Both the position numbers and the translations under genes were made by a program. The notes beneath the pieces were generated by a model. The model made no database searches and was not told where the DNA came from. It worked only from the letters and a program-made list of their open reading frames with translations. Positions 31,165 through 44,900 of a DNA stretch of 64,000 nt are shown piece after piece (positions within the stretch are counted from its first letter, which is position 1; each line of letters starts with the position of its first letter). This DNA comes from Ectothiorhodospiraceae bacterium (GTDB taxonomy: Bacteria > Pseudomonadota > Gammaproteobacteria > HK1). The stretch covers positions 1-64,000 of the forward strand of contig JACKNM010000016.1 of NCBI GenBank assembly GCA_024234875.1, written 5' to 3'.

Positions 31165-32826
31165 ATGACGAGCGGGACGAGGTGCGGCGCGCTCGCAGCG
31201 TTGGTGCTCGTGCTGTCCGCCGCCGGGTCGTCGAGCGCCCTGGCCCAGGTGGGCGGCGCGGTCCGCTCGACGCTACCCGAGCCGGCGCGCGAGGCACCCC
31301 CGGCAGCTCCGCCGGCCGAGGTCACGCCACCCGCGCAGCCGGCCGCGCCGAGCGGTGGCCCGACCATTCGAATCGTGCGCTTCGAGGTCGAGGGCAACAC
31401 CGTTCTGAGCGACGAGGAGCTGCAGGCCGCGGTCGCCGAGTACGTGGGGCGCGACCTGACCCTGCTCCAGATTTACGACGTCGCCGACCGACTCACCAAC
31501 CTCTACCGGGACCGGGGCTACACCGTGGCCAGCGTCACGGTGCCGGCGCAGAAGGTCGCCGGCGGGGTGATCCGGCTCGAGGCGGTGGAGGGACGCATCG
31601 GCAAGATCGCGGTCGAGGGCAACGATCGCTACCGCCGCGACGTGCTGGCGGCCTATGTGGATTCGCTCGGACCGGGTGACATCCTGGTCGGTGAACGGCT
31701 CGAGCGCGATCTCCTGCTCCTCAACGACCTGCCCGGACTGCGCGGGCGGTCGATCGTCCAACCGGGCGAGGACTACGGCACCACCGACGTCCTGGTGCGG
31801 GTCGAGGAGGATCCGTTCTCGATCACCGCGCGGGCCGACAACTACGGCCGCGAGACCATCGGCGAGTTCCGTCTCTCGTCCGACGTCTTCATCAACAACA
31901 TCACCGGCGTCGGCGACCAGGCGGTGCTGTCGGTGCTGCAGTCGGAAGGCAACGGGCTGTCCTACGGCCGCGGCGAGTACAGCCTCCCGATCGGGACGAG
32001 CGGCACACGGGCCGCGGTGTCGGCCAGCCGGTACGTGTTCCGTGTCGAGCCCGACAAGGCGAACCTCGTCGGCGGCGAGCTCAAGGGCGACGGCCAGAGC
32101 CTGCGCGCTCAGGTGACACACCCGCTGATCCGGACGCGGACGCGCAATCTCGCGGTCGGCGCCGCCGTCTCGAGCGACGACTCCGACGAGCTGGCGGTGT
32201 TCGCCGGGCTCGCCAACCCGACCGAGCAGCACCTGAACTCGGCCCAGCTGTTCGCCAGCGCGAGCCAGATCCACGCCGACAGCTCGGTGACCCAGGCCGC
32301 GGTGACGTTCTCGACCAATCTGCGCGACAACCCCGACGGCACCAGGAACAACGCCCAGAAGGGGAAGTTCGAGCTCGAGCTGAGCCATGCCCGGCGCCTG
32401 CTCGAGGAGTGGACCCTGTTCGCGCGCGCCGCCGGCGTGCTCGCGCTCGACCCCCTCATGGACATCGACCGCTACCGCATCGGCGGGCCGGGGAGCGTGC
32501 GCGGCTTCCCGTCGGCCGAGGTCGCGGGGGACGACGGCTTCGTGCTCACGGTGCAGGCCAGCCGACGGGTGAAGATCGCCGACGGCGTGCCCGGCGCGGT
32601 GCGGGTGTTCTGGGACGGCGGCGTCGTGCATCGCAAGGCCGAGGCCCGAGCCGTCAGCGGCGAGACCGCCCGTGAGTCGCTGACCAGCGTGGGTGTCGGA
32701 TTCAACCTGAGCTACGCCGAGCACTACACGCTGGACGTCGAGGTGGCGCGTCCGCTGAACAGTCTCGAGCCGAGCGACGGGCAAGACAGCGGTCGCATCT
32801 GGGGCGTATTCTCGGCGCGATTCTGA
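31165..32826 (+). CDS. two-partner secretion outer-membrane transporter TpsB (ShlB/FhaC/HecB family)
   Basis: The tracked ORF is 31072..32826. A signal peptide start (MTSGTRCGALAALVLVLSAAGSSSALAQ) is at the ATG at 31165, with an AAGGAG RBS. The POTRA region (IRIVRFEVEGNTVLSDEELQAAVAEYVGRDLTLLQIYDVADRLTNLYRDRGY) and a C-terminal beta-barrel ending in a terminal F are present. Confidence 0.85.
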   Translation: MTSGTRCGALAALVLVLSAAGSSSALAQVGGAVRSTLPEPAREAPPAAPPAEVTPPAQPAAPSGGPTIRIVRFEVEGNTVLSDEELQAAVAEYVGRDLTLLQIYDVADRLTNLYRDRGYTVASVTVPAQKVAGGVIRLEAVEGRIGKIAVEGNDRYRRDVLAAYVDSLGPGDILVGERLERDLLLLNDLPGLRGRSIVQPGEDYGTTDVLVRVEEDPFSITARADNYGRETIGEFRLSSDVFINNITGVGDQAVLSVLQSEGNGLSYGRGEYSLPIGTSGTRAAVSASRYVFRVEPDKANLVGGELKGDGQSLRAQVTHPLIRTRTRNLAVGAAVSSDDSDELAVFAGLANPTEQHLNSAQLFASASQIHADSSVTQAAVTFSTNLRDNPDGTRNNAQKGKFELELSHARRLLEEWTLFARAAGVLALDPLMDIDRYRIGGPGSVRGFPSAEVAGDDGFVLTVQASRRVKIADGVPGAVRVFWDGGVVHRKAEARAVSGETARESLTSVGVGFNLSYAEHYTLDVEVARPLNSLEPSDGQDSGRIWGVFSARF

Positions 32827-32998
32827 GCGTCGTGGGCGGGGTTGGCGCGGCCGATTCCGCGAAACGGAGACGACCGTGCCCACAATCTTCGAACGCCCGC
32901 GCGTCGGGCGTTTTGGCGTTGTGAAATCTGTCACTTACAGACGGCTCGGGCTGAGGGATCAGTTGGAGCCAGCGTTCGACCGCCGGGGGAAGACAGGC

Positions 32999-35900
32999 AT
33001 GACGAGGCTGACACGGGCACCGTTGCGGGTGCGGCTGGCCGCGGTGGCGCAGGCGGTCGGTGAGGCGCTCGCCGCGCGGCGGGGCGCGGTCTCGACCCTC
33101 GCCCTGGCGCTCCCCGGCGTCGCGTTGGCGGGCCCGACCGGCGAGCAGGTCGTCGCCGGCAGCGCGGCGGTCAGTCGCCCGGACGCCCACGGCACCGTCA
33201 TCGACCAGGCCAGCAACCGCGCCGTCATCAACTGGCAGACGTTCTCCGTCGGCGGCAACGAGTACGTCCGCTTCAATCAGCCGGGAACCGCCTCGGTCGC
33301 GCTCAATCGTGTCACCGGTGTCGACGCGTCGCGCATCCTCGGGCGCATGGACGCCAACGGGCGCGTATTCCTGGTCAACCCGCGCGGGGTCTATTTCGGC
33401 CCGGGTGCGCAGGTGGACGTCGGGGCGCTGGTGGCCAGCGCGCACGAGATCAGCAACGAGGACTTCCTCGCCGGACGCTACGTCTTCACCCGCGCCGGTG
33501 ACGGCGCCGATGCCGCCACCGTGGTCAACGCGGGCACCATCACCGCCGCCGACGGCGGCTTCGTGGTGCTGGCGGGCGACTACGTCGAGAACAGTGGCGT
33601 GGTCAGTGCCCGGCTCGGCACGGTGGCGCTCGCCGCCGGTGGGCGCGTGAGCCTCGACGTCGGCGACACCGGGCTCGTCAGCTACGCGGTCGACGAGGCG
33701 ACGGTCAGCGAGCTCGCTGGTGTGCGCAACAGCGGCGAGATCACCGCCGACGGCGGCCGCGTCGTGATGACCGCCAAGGTCGCCGGCGACCTCGTGAGCA
33801 CTGCGGTCAACAACCAGGGGCTGGTGCGGGCGCAAGGCATCGTCGAGCGCAACGGCGAGGTCTGGCTCACCGGGTCCGGTGGCGACGTCGCGCACGGCGG
33901 CACCATCGACGTCTCGGGCCAGGCGGGGCAGGGCGGCGGTGACGTGCGCATCGTCGGCGACCGCAACATCACGCTGGCGCCGGACAGCCGCATCGAGGCG
34001 CGCGGTGACGGCGCTGCGAGCGGCGGTGATGTCCGCGTGGTGGCCGCCCGGACCACCGAGTTCAAGCGCCAGGCGCGGATCGACGTCCAGGGCGGCAACG
34101 ACGGCGGCGCCGGTGGCTTCGTCGAGCTGAGCGGCGAGCACGTGCGCATGCGCGGCGAGCTCGCGCTCGGCAAGGGCGGCACGCTGCTCATCGACCCCGC
34201 CGACATCGTGATTCGCGACGGCGCTTACGGCGGATTCTACGGCGGCGGGCTCGGCGGCTACGGTGGCGACATCTTCTTCGAGCAGGACCTCGAGGCCTTC
34301 GTCGCCGCCGGCAACAACATCGAGCTGGTGGCGACCAACAGCATCACCCTCGAGAACCTGACCGACGACGTGCTCGACCTCACCGGCGCGGGCTCCGGCG
34401 GCAGCATCGCGATGGGCATCGGCATCGGCAGCTTCGCGAGCGCCACCTTCGTGCCGTCCTCGGTCGGCGGCACGATTTCCTTCGCCGACGTCAACGACTC
34501 GCTGCTCGCCGACGCAGCGGTGCGGATGGTGGCCGGCTCCGATGGCCTGAACGGCGCGGGGACGATCCTCATCGGCGACGTCGAGGCGCGCCAGATCTTC
34601 GTCGGCGTCACACCGGGCGGTGCAGCCGGCGCGGCGGCCGTCAGCGCCGGGAACCTCCGCGCGACCAATCCGATCGGCCCGGCCCGGGTGCACGTGTTCG
34701 GCGACGGTGCGGTGACCACCGGCACGCTGACCTCGCTGGGTGCCTCGAGCCTCATCGGCGACGTCGACGTGCAGGTGCACGCCGACAACGGCACCGCGAC
34801 GGTGGGCGACATCAGCGCCACCGTCACCGGTGGGGTGGCCACCGTCGACCTCGTCACCGACGGCGATCTGTCGTTCGGCCGACTCGATGCGAGTGGCACC
34901 GGCGGGGTCTTCGTCATCGGCAGCGTGGTCGGCGGCAACATCAACGGCGGCGCGGTGGACCTCGTGGTGCCGGCTCTGAACGCCGGCAACGTGTCGCTCG
35001 ACCTGTTCAGTGGTGGTGTGACGACGCTGTCGACGATCGGCGCGAGCACGCCCTCGGGCGACATCTCGCTCACCAACCTGTCCGACGGCACGGTGACCCG
35101 GGGCGATCTCTCCGCGACCACCGGCGCGGGCGCCGTCAGCGTGACCGACGACGGTCTGGCCGGGGTGTCGGTGGGGCTCACCGGCGTGGCCGGGGCGGGC
35201 GGCCTGGTCGACGTGCAGTTGCTGAGCGGGCTCGGCAGCATCTCGGCCGGGCGCCAGACCCTGAGCAACGAGGGCGGCGGCACGACCAACCTCACCGCCG
35301 ACGCGCAGGCGATCGGCGCCAGCGTCGACATCGACGGTATCGACGTCACCGATGGCGGATCGGGCGGCTTCACCTTCGACGTCTTCGCCGAGGGCGACGT
35401 CACCATCGCGGTGTCGACGCTGTCGAGCGTCGGCGGCCCGGTCTCCGGCAGCCTCGACTCCGGTCAGGCCACGCTCCAGCTCACCGGCCCGTTCTCGCTC
35501 AGCGGCGAGAGCGTGGGTGTCTCCCTCGGCGGCGCAACGGTCGACGTCGGCGACCTCACCGCGACCGCGAGCGCCGGCGGGGCGAACGTCAGCGCCGGTG
35601 CCGAGGGCAACCTCACCGCCGGCAACGTCACCGCGTCCGGCCAGACCAGCGTGTTCGCGTCGGTGGCCGGTGGATTGACGGTGGCCGGCGATACCGTCGT
35701 CGGGACTGTCGACGTCTCGACGATCGGCGACGACACCCTGACCACCTTCGCCAGCGCCTCCGCCAACGTGTCCGGCGACACGGTGACCATGGGCACGGCG
35801 AGCGTGTTCGCGAGCATGGTGTCCGCGAGCGCCTTCTTCGGCGATGCGAGCGCGACCCTGAACGTCGACGCGGCGACCGCGATCACCGCCGGCAACGTGC

Positions 35901-38900
35901 TGGTCGAGGCCGAGGCGAACCTCTCGAGCGGCAGCGCTGGCGCATTCGCCCTCAGCCACTTCGAGGGGGTCGAAGGCACGACCGACGTCGGCGACGTCAC
36001 CGTGCGCGCCGACGCGATCGGGACCGACGCGAGCGCCATCGCGCGCAATCGCCTGGGTGCACCGTTCGTGCTGCCGCCGGCCGGGCCGACCACGATCCTG
36101 ACCGGCGCGCTGGTCGCCAACGCCGACGCGGTGGCGATCGGCGACGGCTCGATCGGAAACGCCGAGGCGCGTGCGGTGATCGACGTGATGGCGGTCAACG
36201 ACACACCGACGACCATCGATCTCGGTGGCAACACCTCCGCGAGCGCGAACGCGAGCGTCACCCCCGGTGCGCTGCTCCCGACGGCGATGTCGTTCGCCGA
36301 CGCGCTGATCACCATCGGTGCGCCGTCACTCGACGGCCTCGAGGGCGGACTCCCGGCCGCCGATGTCTCCGCCGTCGGTCCGGTCGAGGCCGCCGCGTCG
36401 ACGACGGTCACGAACGCGACGAGTGTCACCGAGGACAGCAGCGCCCAGATCCTGATCCGCGCCGGCGACTCGCCCGGCGGTGGCACCATCGATCTGCAGG
36501 GCGCGGTGACCGCGACCGGCGGCGAGGCCCACATCGAAATCCGCAACGAGACCTCGCTGAACGGCGTCGTGACCCTCGGCGGCGACGTCGTCGCGACCGA
36601 TACCAAGCCCGGCCCGGACGGCCGCGGCGGGCCGGTCGCCCCGAACGTGGACATCAATGCCGGCTTCGGCACGCTGACCACCGGACCGCTGGCGGCGATC
36701 AGCGACACCGACGCCGACGGCGGGCACGTCCGTCTGTTCTCGACCGGTGACATGACGCTGGCCGGCCCGGTCTCCGCGCTCGGCGACGGGACGTCGCTGC
36801 TCGAGGTCATCTCCGGCGGGAACCTCGACTTCGCCGATCTGCTGGCCGAGGGCCTGACCGGCGCGACCCTGGACGTCGATGCGAGCGCCCTCATGTCCGG
36901 GGGACGTGGCGAGGCCAAGGTGCCGACCGGTGGTGTCGGCAACGCCATGTACGACTTCTTCGGCCTCGGCGACATCGCCATCGGGGACCTCTTCGTCAGC
37001 ACACCGTCCGGCAACGCCACCGGCCAGGTGATCGGCGGGGCGGGTGTCGCCCGTGGCGCGGCGAACGCCAGCACCGGGACCGGCCTGGTCATGGTGGTCG
37101 ACGACGCGGTCACGGACCTCGTGGTCGGCACCACCGACGCGAGCTCGACCGGCGGGGTCATGGTCACCGAGACCAGCTCCACCGGCGGGGCGAGCGTGGG
37201 CCGCATGACGCTCTCCGAGGGCGGCGGTGGCGCCATCGACGTCGTGGTGTCGGGAATCGGCGGCCCTTCGGTCGTCGACGGTGTCGACGTGAGCCACACC
37301 GGCACCGGACCGGTGACGGTCGACGTCGGTGGCGACGGGGCCGCGCTCGGCGCGAGCACCATGACGGTCGCGGGTGGGCCCCTCGCGGTGACCGTCGCCG
37401 GTCTGTCCGGGGCGGGTGAGCTCACCGGCAACTTCACCGGCTCGGCGTTCGCGAGCACCCTCGATCTGAGCGGCGCGACCATCGCCTTCGCCGACGTCAC
37501 CCTGACCGGCACCGCGACCACCGCGACCTTCGACGCCTTCGCCGTCGACGCCATCAGCGGCGGCGCGGTGGACGTGGACGGCAAGACGCTCGCCTCGGTG
37601 GCACTGCTCACCACGCCGCCGGGCTCGGTCGGCGACGTCACTGTCGGCGATGTCGCAATCCACGCGAATTCCGACGGCGCCAGGGCCCCGCTCGCGCGCG
37701 CCGACCTCTCGGTCGATGCACCGACGGTGACCCTCGGCACCGTGGTTCTCGATGCGCTGTACGCGTCCCCGATCCCCGGTGAGGCGGTGGCCGACCTGAG
37801 CGTGCAGGCCCTCGACGGGATCACCACCGCCGACGTGACCGTCAACGCGGTCGCGAGCACGCCGGACGCGAATGCCATCGCGCGCGCCCTGAGCGCGATC
37901 GGCTCCGAGGCGGGGGTGACCAAGACCGGCGCGGTCAGCACCACCGCCGACGCCGACGGTGCCTTCGCGCTCGCCGAGGCGGACAACCGCATCGGTAACA
38001 CCGCCGGCAGCGGACCGTTCGGTCCGGCCGAGATCAATACCGGTGGATTGCTCGCTCTCGCGACGGCCGATGCCACCGGTGACGGTGCGAGCGGCGTCGC
38101 CGACGCGACCGCCTCGGTCGAGGTCCTCGGGGTCGACGGGACGCCGATCGCGATCGACCTCGGGGCGGACCCGGCTGCCATCGCGCAGGCGAACGTCGAC
38201 CCGGGCGTGGGGTCGCTCTCGACCGGGGACGCGACCGCCGATGCCACGGTGACGGTCGCCGCGCCCGGGCTGACCAGCGGTCTCGGCGGACGCCCGGATG
38301 CCGACCTGCTCATCCGTGATCTCACCGAGGCGCGGGCCGAGACGTCGGTGAGCGGCGCGGCGGCGGCAACCGAGACCAGTCGGGCCGACGTGCTGTTGCG
38401 TGCGGGCCGCGAGCAGCTCGGCACGGCCATGCAGCTCGACGGCGACGTGCTCGCGACCGGTGGGGACGCGTCGATCACGATCGTCAACGAGTCGGCCTCC
38501 GGCGGCCTGGTGAGTCTCGGCGGCGACGTGCGCGTGACCGACACCCGCCCCGGTGGGCTGGTCGTCGGCGGCGTCGAGATCGATGCCGGGCTCGGTGGAT
38601 TGACGCAGGCGCTCGGCAAGCTCGTCGTCGACGACGATGCCGACGGCGGTCGGGTGCTCCTGCGCGGCGACCAGGACATCGCGCTTCTCGGCGACGTGAC
38701 GGCGATCGGCGGCCCGGCGTTGTTGAGCATCGTCGGCGGCGCGAACGTCGACTTCACGAATCTGACCGCGGATGGCGTCGACGGCGCGACGATCGACGTC
38801 GACGGCGCCGCGACCGTGACCGGTGGCAACATCGCCACCACCGTGGCCAGCGCCGGCCTGGCCGACTATCGAGTTCTCGGTGGCACCGGGCTGCTGATCG

Positions 38901-41900
38901 GTGACGTGCTCGCGACGACGCCGAGTGGGGACGTCAACGGCAGCCTCGGCACCACTGCCGGCACGCTGAATCGTGGTCTGCTGGTGGCGAGCACCGGCGC
39001 CGGGGCCGTGAATCTCACCGAGAGCGGCGACGGCCTGACCGTCGGCAACACCGACGCCACCGCGGCCGGCGGGCTGCTTTCCGTGGACATGGACGCCCGC
39101 GGTCTCGACGCGACGGTCGGTGCGCTGACCCTGGCCAATTCCGGCGCGGTGAACACGCTGGTGGGGATCCGCTCCCTGGGTGGGAACCTCGACGTCGACA
39201 CCGCCACCATCGGCGTGGTCGGCGCCGGCGGCGTGCTCATGGAGCTCGACGTCGGCGCCGCCGGCGGCAGCGTCGCGCTGGCCTCGGCCGATCTCTCGAG
39301 CACCGCCGGAGGCCTCGATCTGCGTCTCGTCGGTGGCAGCGTGGACGGCGGCCCGACCAACCTCACCGCGGACGGTGGCACCATCCACGTGCTGGCCGAC
39401 GCCAGCACCGGTGACGCCATCATCGGCGCGATGAGCGTGCTCGAGAACGGTGGCTCGCTGGTGGACGTGCGCGTCCTCGCGGCCGGCGCGGGTGTCGCCT
39501 CGCACGGTGGTGGCTCGCTCACGAGCGTCGGCGGTGACGCCCAGCTCCTGGTCAGCGGCACCGGTGGCGCGGTGATCGCGTCGCCGCTGTCGATGGACGG
39601 AGAGAACGTGAATCTCCAGATCGACGGCTCGACCGTCGACTTCGGCGATCTCACGCTCACCGGCCTGCAGGCCGTCGACCTCGTGGGCACCGCGGTCGCC
39701 GGGCTTACCGGCGCGACCATCGGCCTGAACGGCGGTCCGGTCGCCCGCGTCGACCTCAACGCCGGCGGGGCGCTGACGGTCGGTGACGTGACGGTCTTCA
39801 GCACCGGTCCGCGTAACGCCGTCGCGTCCGCGGTGGCGCGCGCCCAGCTGATGGGCGACACCGTGGACGCGGGCGTGGTCACGGTGTCGGCGAGCTACGC
39901 CGGCAGTGATCCGAGCGGCGGCGCGACCGCCGAGGCGGACGTCGCGGCGGCGCAGGGCATCACCGTCGGCCACATCACGGTCGACGCGACGGCCGACACC
40001 GCGGGTGGCCTCGCGGTGGCCGACGCCCACAGCTTCGTGCATTCGGCCGGCGGCAACACCACTACCGGTGACATCGGCGTGGCCGCGACCGCCAGCGGCG
40101 CGAATGCGACTGCGATCGCCGACAACCGCGTCGGCGAGACCGGCGGCGCGGTGAGCGGGCCGGTCGTCATTCACACCGGCTCGCTCGGCGCCGACGCGAA
40201 CGCCAGCGCCGAGGGTGACGGCTCCAGCGCCACCGCCATCGGCAACGCCCTGGTCGAGGTCACCCACCTCGACGGCGGCGCGGGCAGCCTGATCGTGAAT
40301 GGCAGCCCGAGCGCGGTCGCGGTGACCAGCGCGGCACCTCCGGTCGGGACACTGACCAGCGCGACCGCCGACTCCGATGCGCGTGTCGTCATCGGTGCAG
40401 GTCCGACCACCCCGGGAACCGACGTGCACGTGGTCGGCGATGCCACTGCCGACGCCATCGCCTCGGCCGGCGGCGCGACGACGCTCGTCGAGACCGGCTT
40501 CGCGCAGGTCTCGGTCCGGACCGGCGGCGAGGCGGGCGGCGTCGCCGCCCGGCTCGACGGCGCCGTGCTGGCGACCGGCCTCGACGCCTCGATCGACATC
40601 CGCAACGACGGCCCACCCGGCGGGGACATCCGCCTCGGCGGCGACGTTCGCGCCACCGACACCCGGGGCGGGGACGGTAGCACCGGCCTGGTGCAGATCG
40701 CCGGCAACGCCGGCGGCATCCATCTCGCGGCCGGAACGTCCATCGTCGACGACGACCCGGACGGTGGACAGGTGTTCATCCAGGCGCTCGGCCCGGTGAA
40801 GCTCGACGGCGCGGTGCAGGCGCTCGGCGGCGGTGCGTCCGCGGTGAACGTGCAGGGTGCCGACGTCGACTTCGCGAGCCTGCTGGCCGAGGGCGGCACC
40901 GGCGCGTCGGTTCACGTCGACGCCACCACCGGCGCGGTGCTCGGTGGGTCGGTCGACGTCCTGGTTCCCGGCGGTGGCAGCGGCCCGGTCGACTATCGGG
41001 TCGACGGCGCCACCGGCGTCAGCATCGGTGACGTCAATGCGCTCACCCCGAGCGGCGACGTTCTCGGTGGCATCGGTGCGTCCGGCGGCAGCGTGAGCCG
41101 CGGCGCGCTATTCGCCGAGACTGGTTCCGGTCAGGTCGACGTGAACGAGAGTGGGGCCGGGATGACGGTCGGGCCGACCGACCTGACCGCGGTCGACGGC
41201 TCACTGCGGCTCGCCATGGTGAGTAGCGGTGGTGACGTCACCGCCGGCCCGATCACCCTGCGCCGCTCCGGTTTCGGCAACACCGACGCGCGGATCACCG
41301 ACGCCGTCGGTCCCGGGGCGGTCGACGTCGCCGGCGTGGACATCTTGGACACCGGCGGCGACGTGGTGCTCGACGTCGACGCCGATGCCGGGCCCGCCAC
41401 CCTCGGTGCGAGCCAGGTCTCGGCCCTCGGCGCGCTCGACGTGATCCTCGGTGGCTTCACCATCGATACCGGGGTGCTGACGTTGTCGACCGACTCCGCC
41501 ACCGGCCGCCTGTCGGCGGCGGGCCGTGGCGGCGACGTCACCATCGCCGGGGTGGACGCCACCTCGGCGGGTGACTTCGACCTCTTCGTCGACGCCACCG
41601 CCGGCGGCTCGGCATCGCTCGGTGCGACCACGTTGAACGCGGTCGGGGCCGATCCGACGGTGGTGGTGGCGGGGTTGGCCGACGCCACGCTGTCCGGTCC
41701 GTTCTCCGGTACCGGCGGGATCTTCTCCCTCGACCTCGACGCCGGTGGTGCCGCGAGCGCCGGCAGCGTCGACCTCTCGGCGCCGACCGCGACCTTCCGT
41801 GCGCGCGGTGACACGGTGGCGCTCGGTGACGTGGCCCTCGACGGCGGCGTCGGTGGTGGGACGCTGACATACGACATCGACGGGGTGAACGCGGTCGCCG

Positions 41901-44900
41901 TCGGCTCGCTGGCCGCGATGACCGCGACTGGTGACATTCTCGGCAGAATCGCCTCGTCGAGCGCAGGTATGAGCCGCGGCGCGCTATTCGCCGAGACTGG
42001 CTCCGGCCAGGTCGACATCGACGAGAGCGGTGCCGGGATCACGGTCGGGGCGACCGATCTGACCGCAGTGGGCGGTCTGCTGCGGCTGTCGATGGTGAGC
42101 AGTGGCGGTGACGTGTCCACCGGGGCGCTGACGCTGCGTCGCTCGGGCGCGGGCACCACCGACGTCCGAGTCACCGACGCGGTCGGTCCCGGGTCAGTCG
42201 ACGTCGCCAGCGTCGACATCGCGGACACCGGCGGCGACGTGCTGCTCCGCCTCGACGCCGACGCCGGGTCTGCCATCCTCGGTGCGAGCCAGGTCTCTGC
42301 GTTCGGGGCGCTCGACGTCGATCTCGACGGCTTCAACATCGACACCGGCGTGCTGACGTTGTCGACCGACTCGGCCACCGGCCTCCTGTCGGCGGTGGGC
42401 GGTGGTGGAGACGTCACCGTCGCCGGGGTGGACGCCACCTCGGCGGGTGACTTCGACCTCTTCGTCGATGCCACGCTGGATGGCTCGGCAGCGCTCGGTG
42501 CGACCACGGTGAGCGCGGTCGGGGCCGATCCGACGGTGGTGGTGGCGGGGTTTGCCGATGCCACGCTGGCCGGCCCGTTCTCGGGCAGCGGCGGCATCTT
42601 CTTCCTCGACCTCGACGCCGGTGGCGCCGCGAGCGCCGGCAGCGTCGACCTCTCGGCGCCGACCGCGACCTTCCGCGCGCGCGGTGGCACCGTGGCGCTC
42701 GGCGACGTCGTGCTCGACGGTGTCGATCGGGTGGAGCTCCGTGGTACCGCGCTCTCGGGACTGACCGCGGGCAACGTGATCGCCTCCGCGCTCACCGACG
42801 CCCGGGTGGAGCTCGACGCCGGCCGCGCCAGCGGCGGGGTGCTCGGCGTCGGTGACCTCACCGTCGTCGCCGAGACCCTGGTCGGTGGCACCCCAGCGGC
42901 CGTGGCGCTGGTGCAGCTCCAGGGTCTGCGCGTCGTCACCGGCGACGCCTTCGTCTCCGCGCACTACGAGACCGGCGCCACCGGCTCGGGTGCGGACGCC
43001 ATCTTCCGCATCGGCGCCGACGACGGCATCACCGTCGGCGACGTGGTGGTGGACGCGTTCTCGCGGGCGTCCGGCAGCATCGCCGATGCCACCGCCGAGA
43101 GTGTCCTCGCCTCGGTCGCCGGGGACACCAAGACCGGCGACATCACGGTGCTCGCCGACGCCTCGGGCCCGGATGCATTCGCCTTCGCCGCGAACGTGAT
43201 TGGTGAGGCGGTCGGCGCCGCGCCGCCCGGTGGCATCAGCATCGTCACCGGGCTGCTGAGCGCGGACGCCGTCGCCACCGCCTTCGGTAACGGCACCAAC
43301 GCCACCGCGCAGGCGGAGTCGCGGGTCGACATCCTCGGCGTCGACGGCGCCGTGATGGACGTCGACCTCGGGTTGGATCCGGCCAGCACCGCGACCGCCA
43401 TCGTGGACCCGGGCGCCGACGTGCTGTCGTCCGGCGACGCCAGCGCCGACGCGACCATCACCATCGCCGCGCCCTCCGTCGCCACCGACGAAGGCGGGCT
43501 GCCGGCCGCGGTGGTGCGGATCCGTGACGCCACCGTGGCCACCGCCGACGCGTCGGTGGTCGGGGCGAGCAGCGCGGTCGAGTCGAGCACCGCCGGCATC
43601 CTGATTCGTGCCGGGCGCGCCGTCGGCGGGGTGTCGCTGCGGATCGACGGCGACGTGCTCGCGACCGCCGACGAGGCGGCCATCGGCATCCTCAACGACA
43701 CCCCGTCGGCCGCCACCGTGCGCCTCCTCGGGGACGTGATCGCGACCGGTGACGAGGCCGGTGTCCGCATCCTCCCCGGGCGGGTCGCGATCCCCGGCTT
43801 CCCGGCGAGCACCGGAGTCGGCGGCAATCTCGACATCCGGGGCACCATCAGCGCGGTGGACCTCGCCTCCGGGGTCGGCACTCTCGGCATCGAGAACATC
43901 GAGGTCGACGCCGGCGTCGGTGGGATCACCGTCGGCGCGGGTGCCAGCATAGTGGACGTCGACCCCGACGGGGCGAGCGTCACCCTGCGCGCAGAAGGCG
44001 ACATCGTGAATGCGGGCGTCGTCAGCGCCAGTGGCGGTGTCGCGCCGAACGACATCGACATCGTCCTCGCCGGTGCCGGAAACAGCCTCTCGGGCGCCGG
44101 CGCCTGGCAGTCGGATCGCATGCGCATCGTCGGCACCGGCGGCAACGACGTGGTGGCCACCACCTCGGTCGAGACGCTGGTGCTCGGCGATCTCCGCGAC
44201 GCGACCCTCGACAACCAGAGCTTCACCGGCCCGTCGCAGTTCGACCTCTTCGGCACCTTCCGCGACGTCGGTATCACCTTCGGCGGCGATGCGACCTGGA
44301 CCACGGCCGCGGCCGGGACCACTCGCCTCGGATCCGGTGGTGGCGCCCCGGGCGCGCGATCGATCATCGCCAACAGCCTGGTGCTCGGCACCGACGGTGC
44401 GCTGGTGATGGAGGGTGTGCAGGTCGACGCCGCCGGGCGCGTCAACCTGCTGTCGGGTGACGCGCTCAAGCTCGCCGACGCGCAGCTGCGCGGGGTGCCG
44501 ATCGATCTGATCGCCGGCGGGGTGCTCGACCTCGACCGCGCGGCGGTGCAGTCCACCGGCGTGGTGACGCTACGTGGCGGCGGCGGCATCCTCGCCGACA
44601 CCGCGAGCATCGACGCCGCGGCAGGCGTCGATGCGTTCACCACCCAGGACGTCGACCTGACCGGCCTGCAGCTCAACGTCACCGGTGCGTTCGTGCTGCA
44701 GACCAACGGCGCGATCACCCTCGACGGCGCGACCATCGCCGCCGATGGTCCGCTCGATCTCCGTGGTGGAACCGGCATCTCGTTCAGCGGCACCGAGCTC
44801 GCGACCACCGGGGCGATGGTGCTGGTCTCGGGCGCCGGGATCTCCGGGGCCGGCTCCGAGCTGCTGGCGACGACCGGCATCGACGTCTTCGCCGCCGGTC

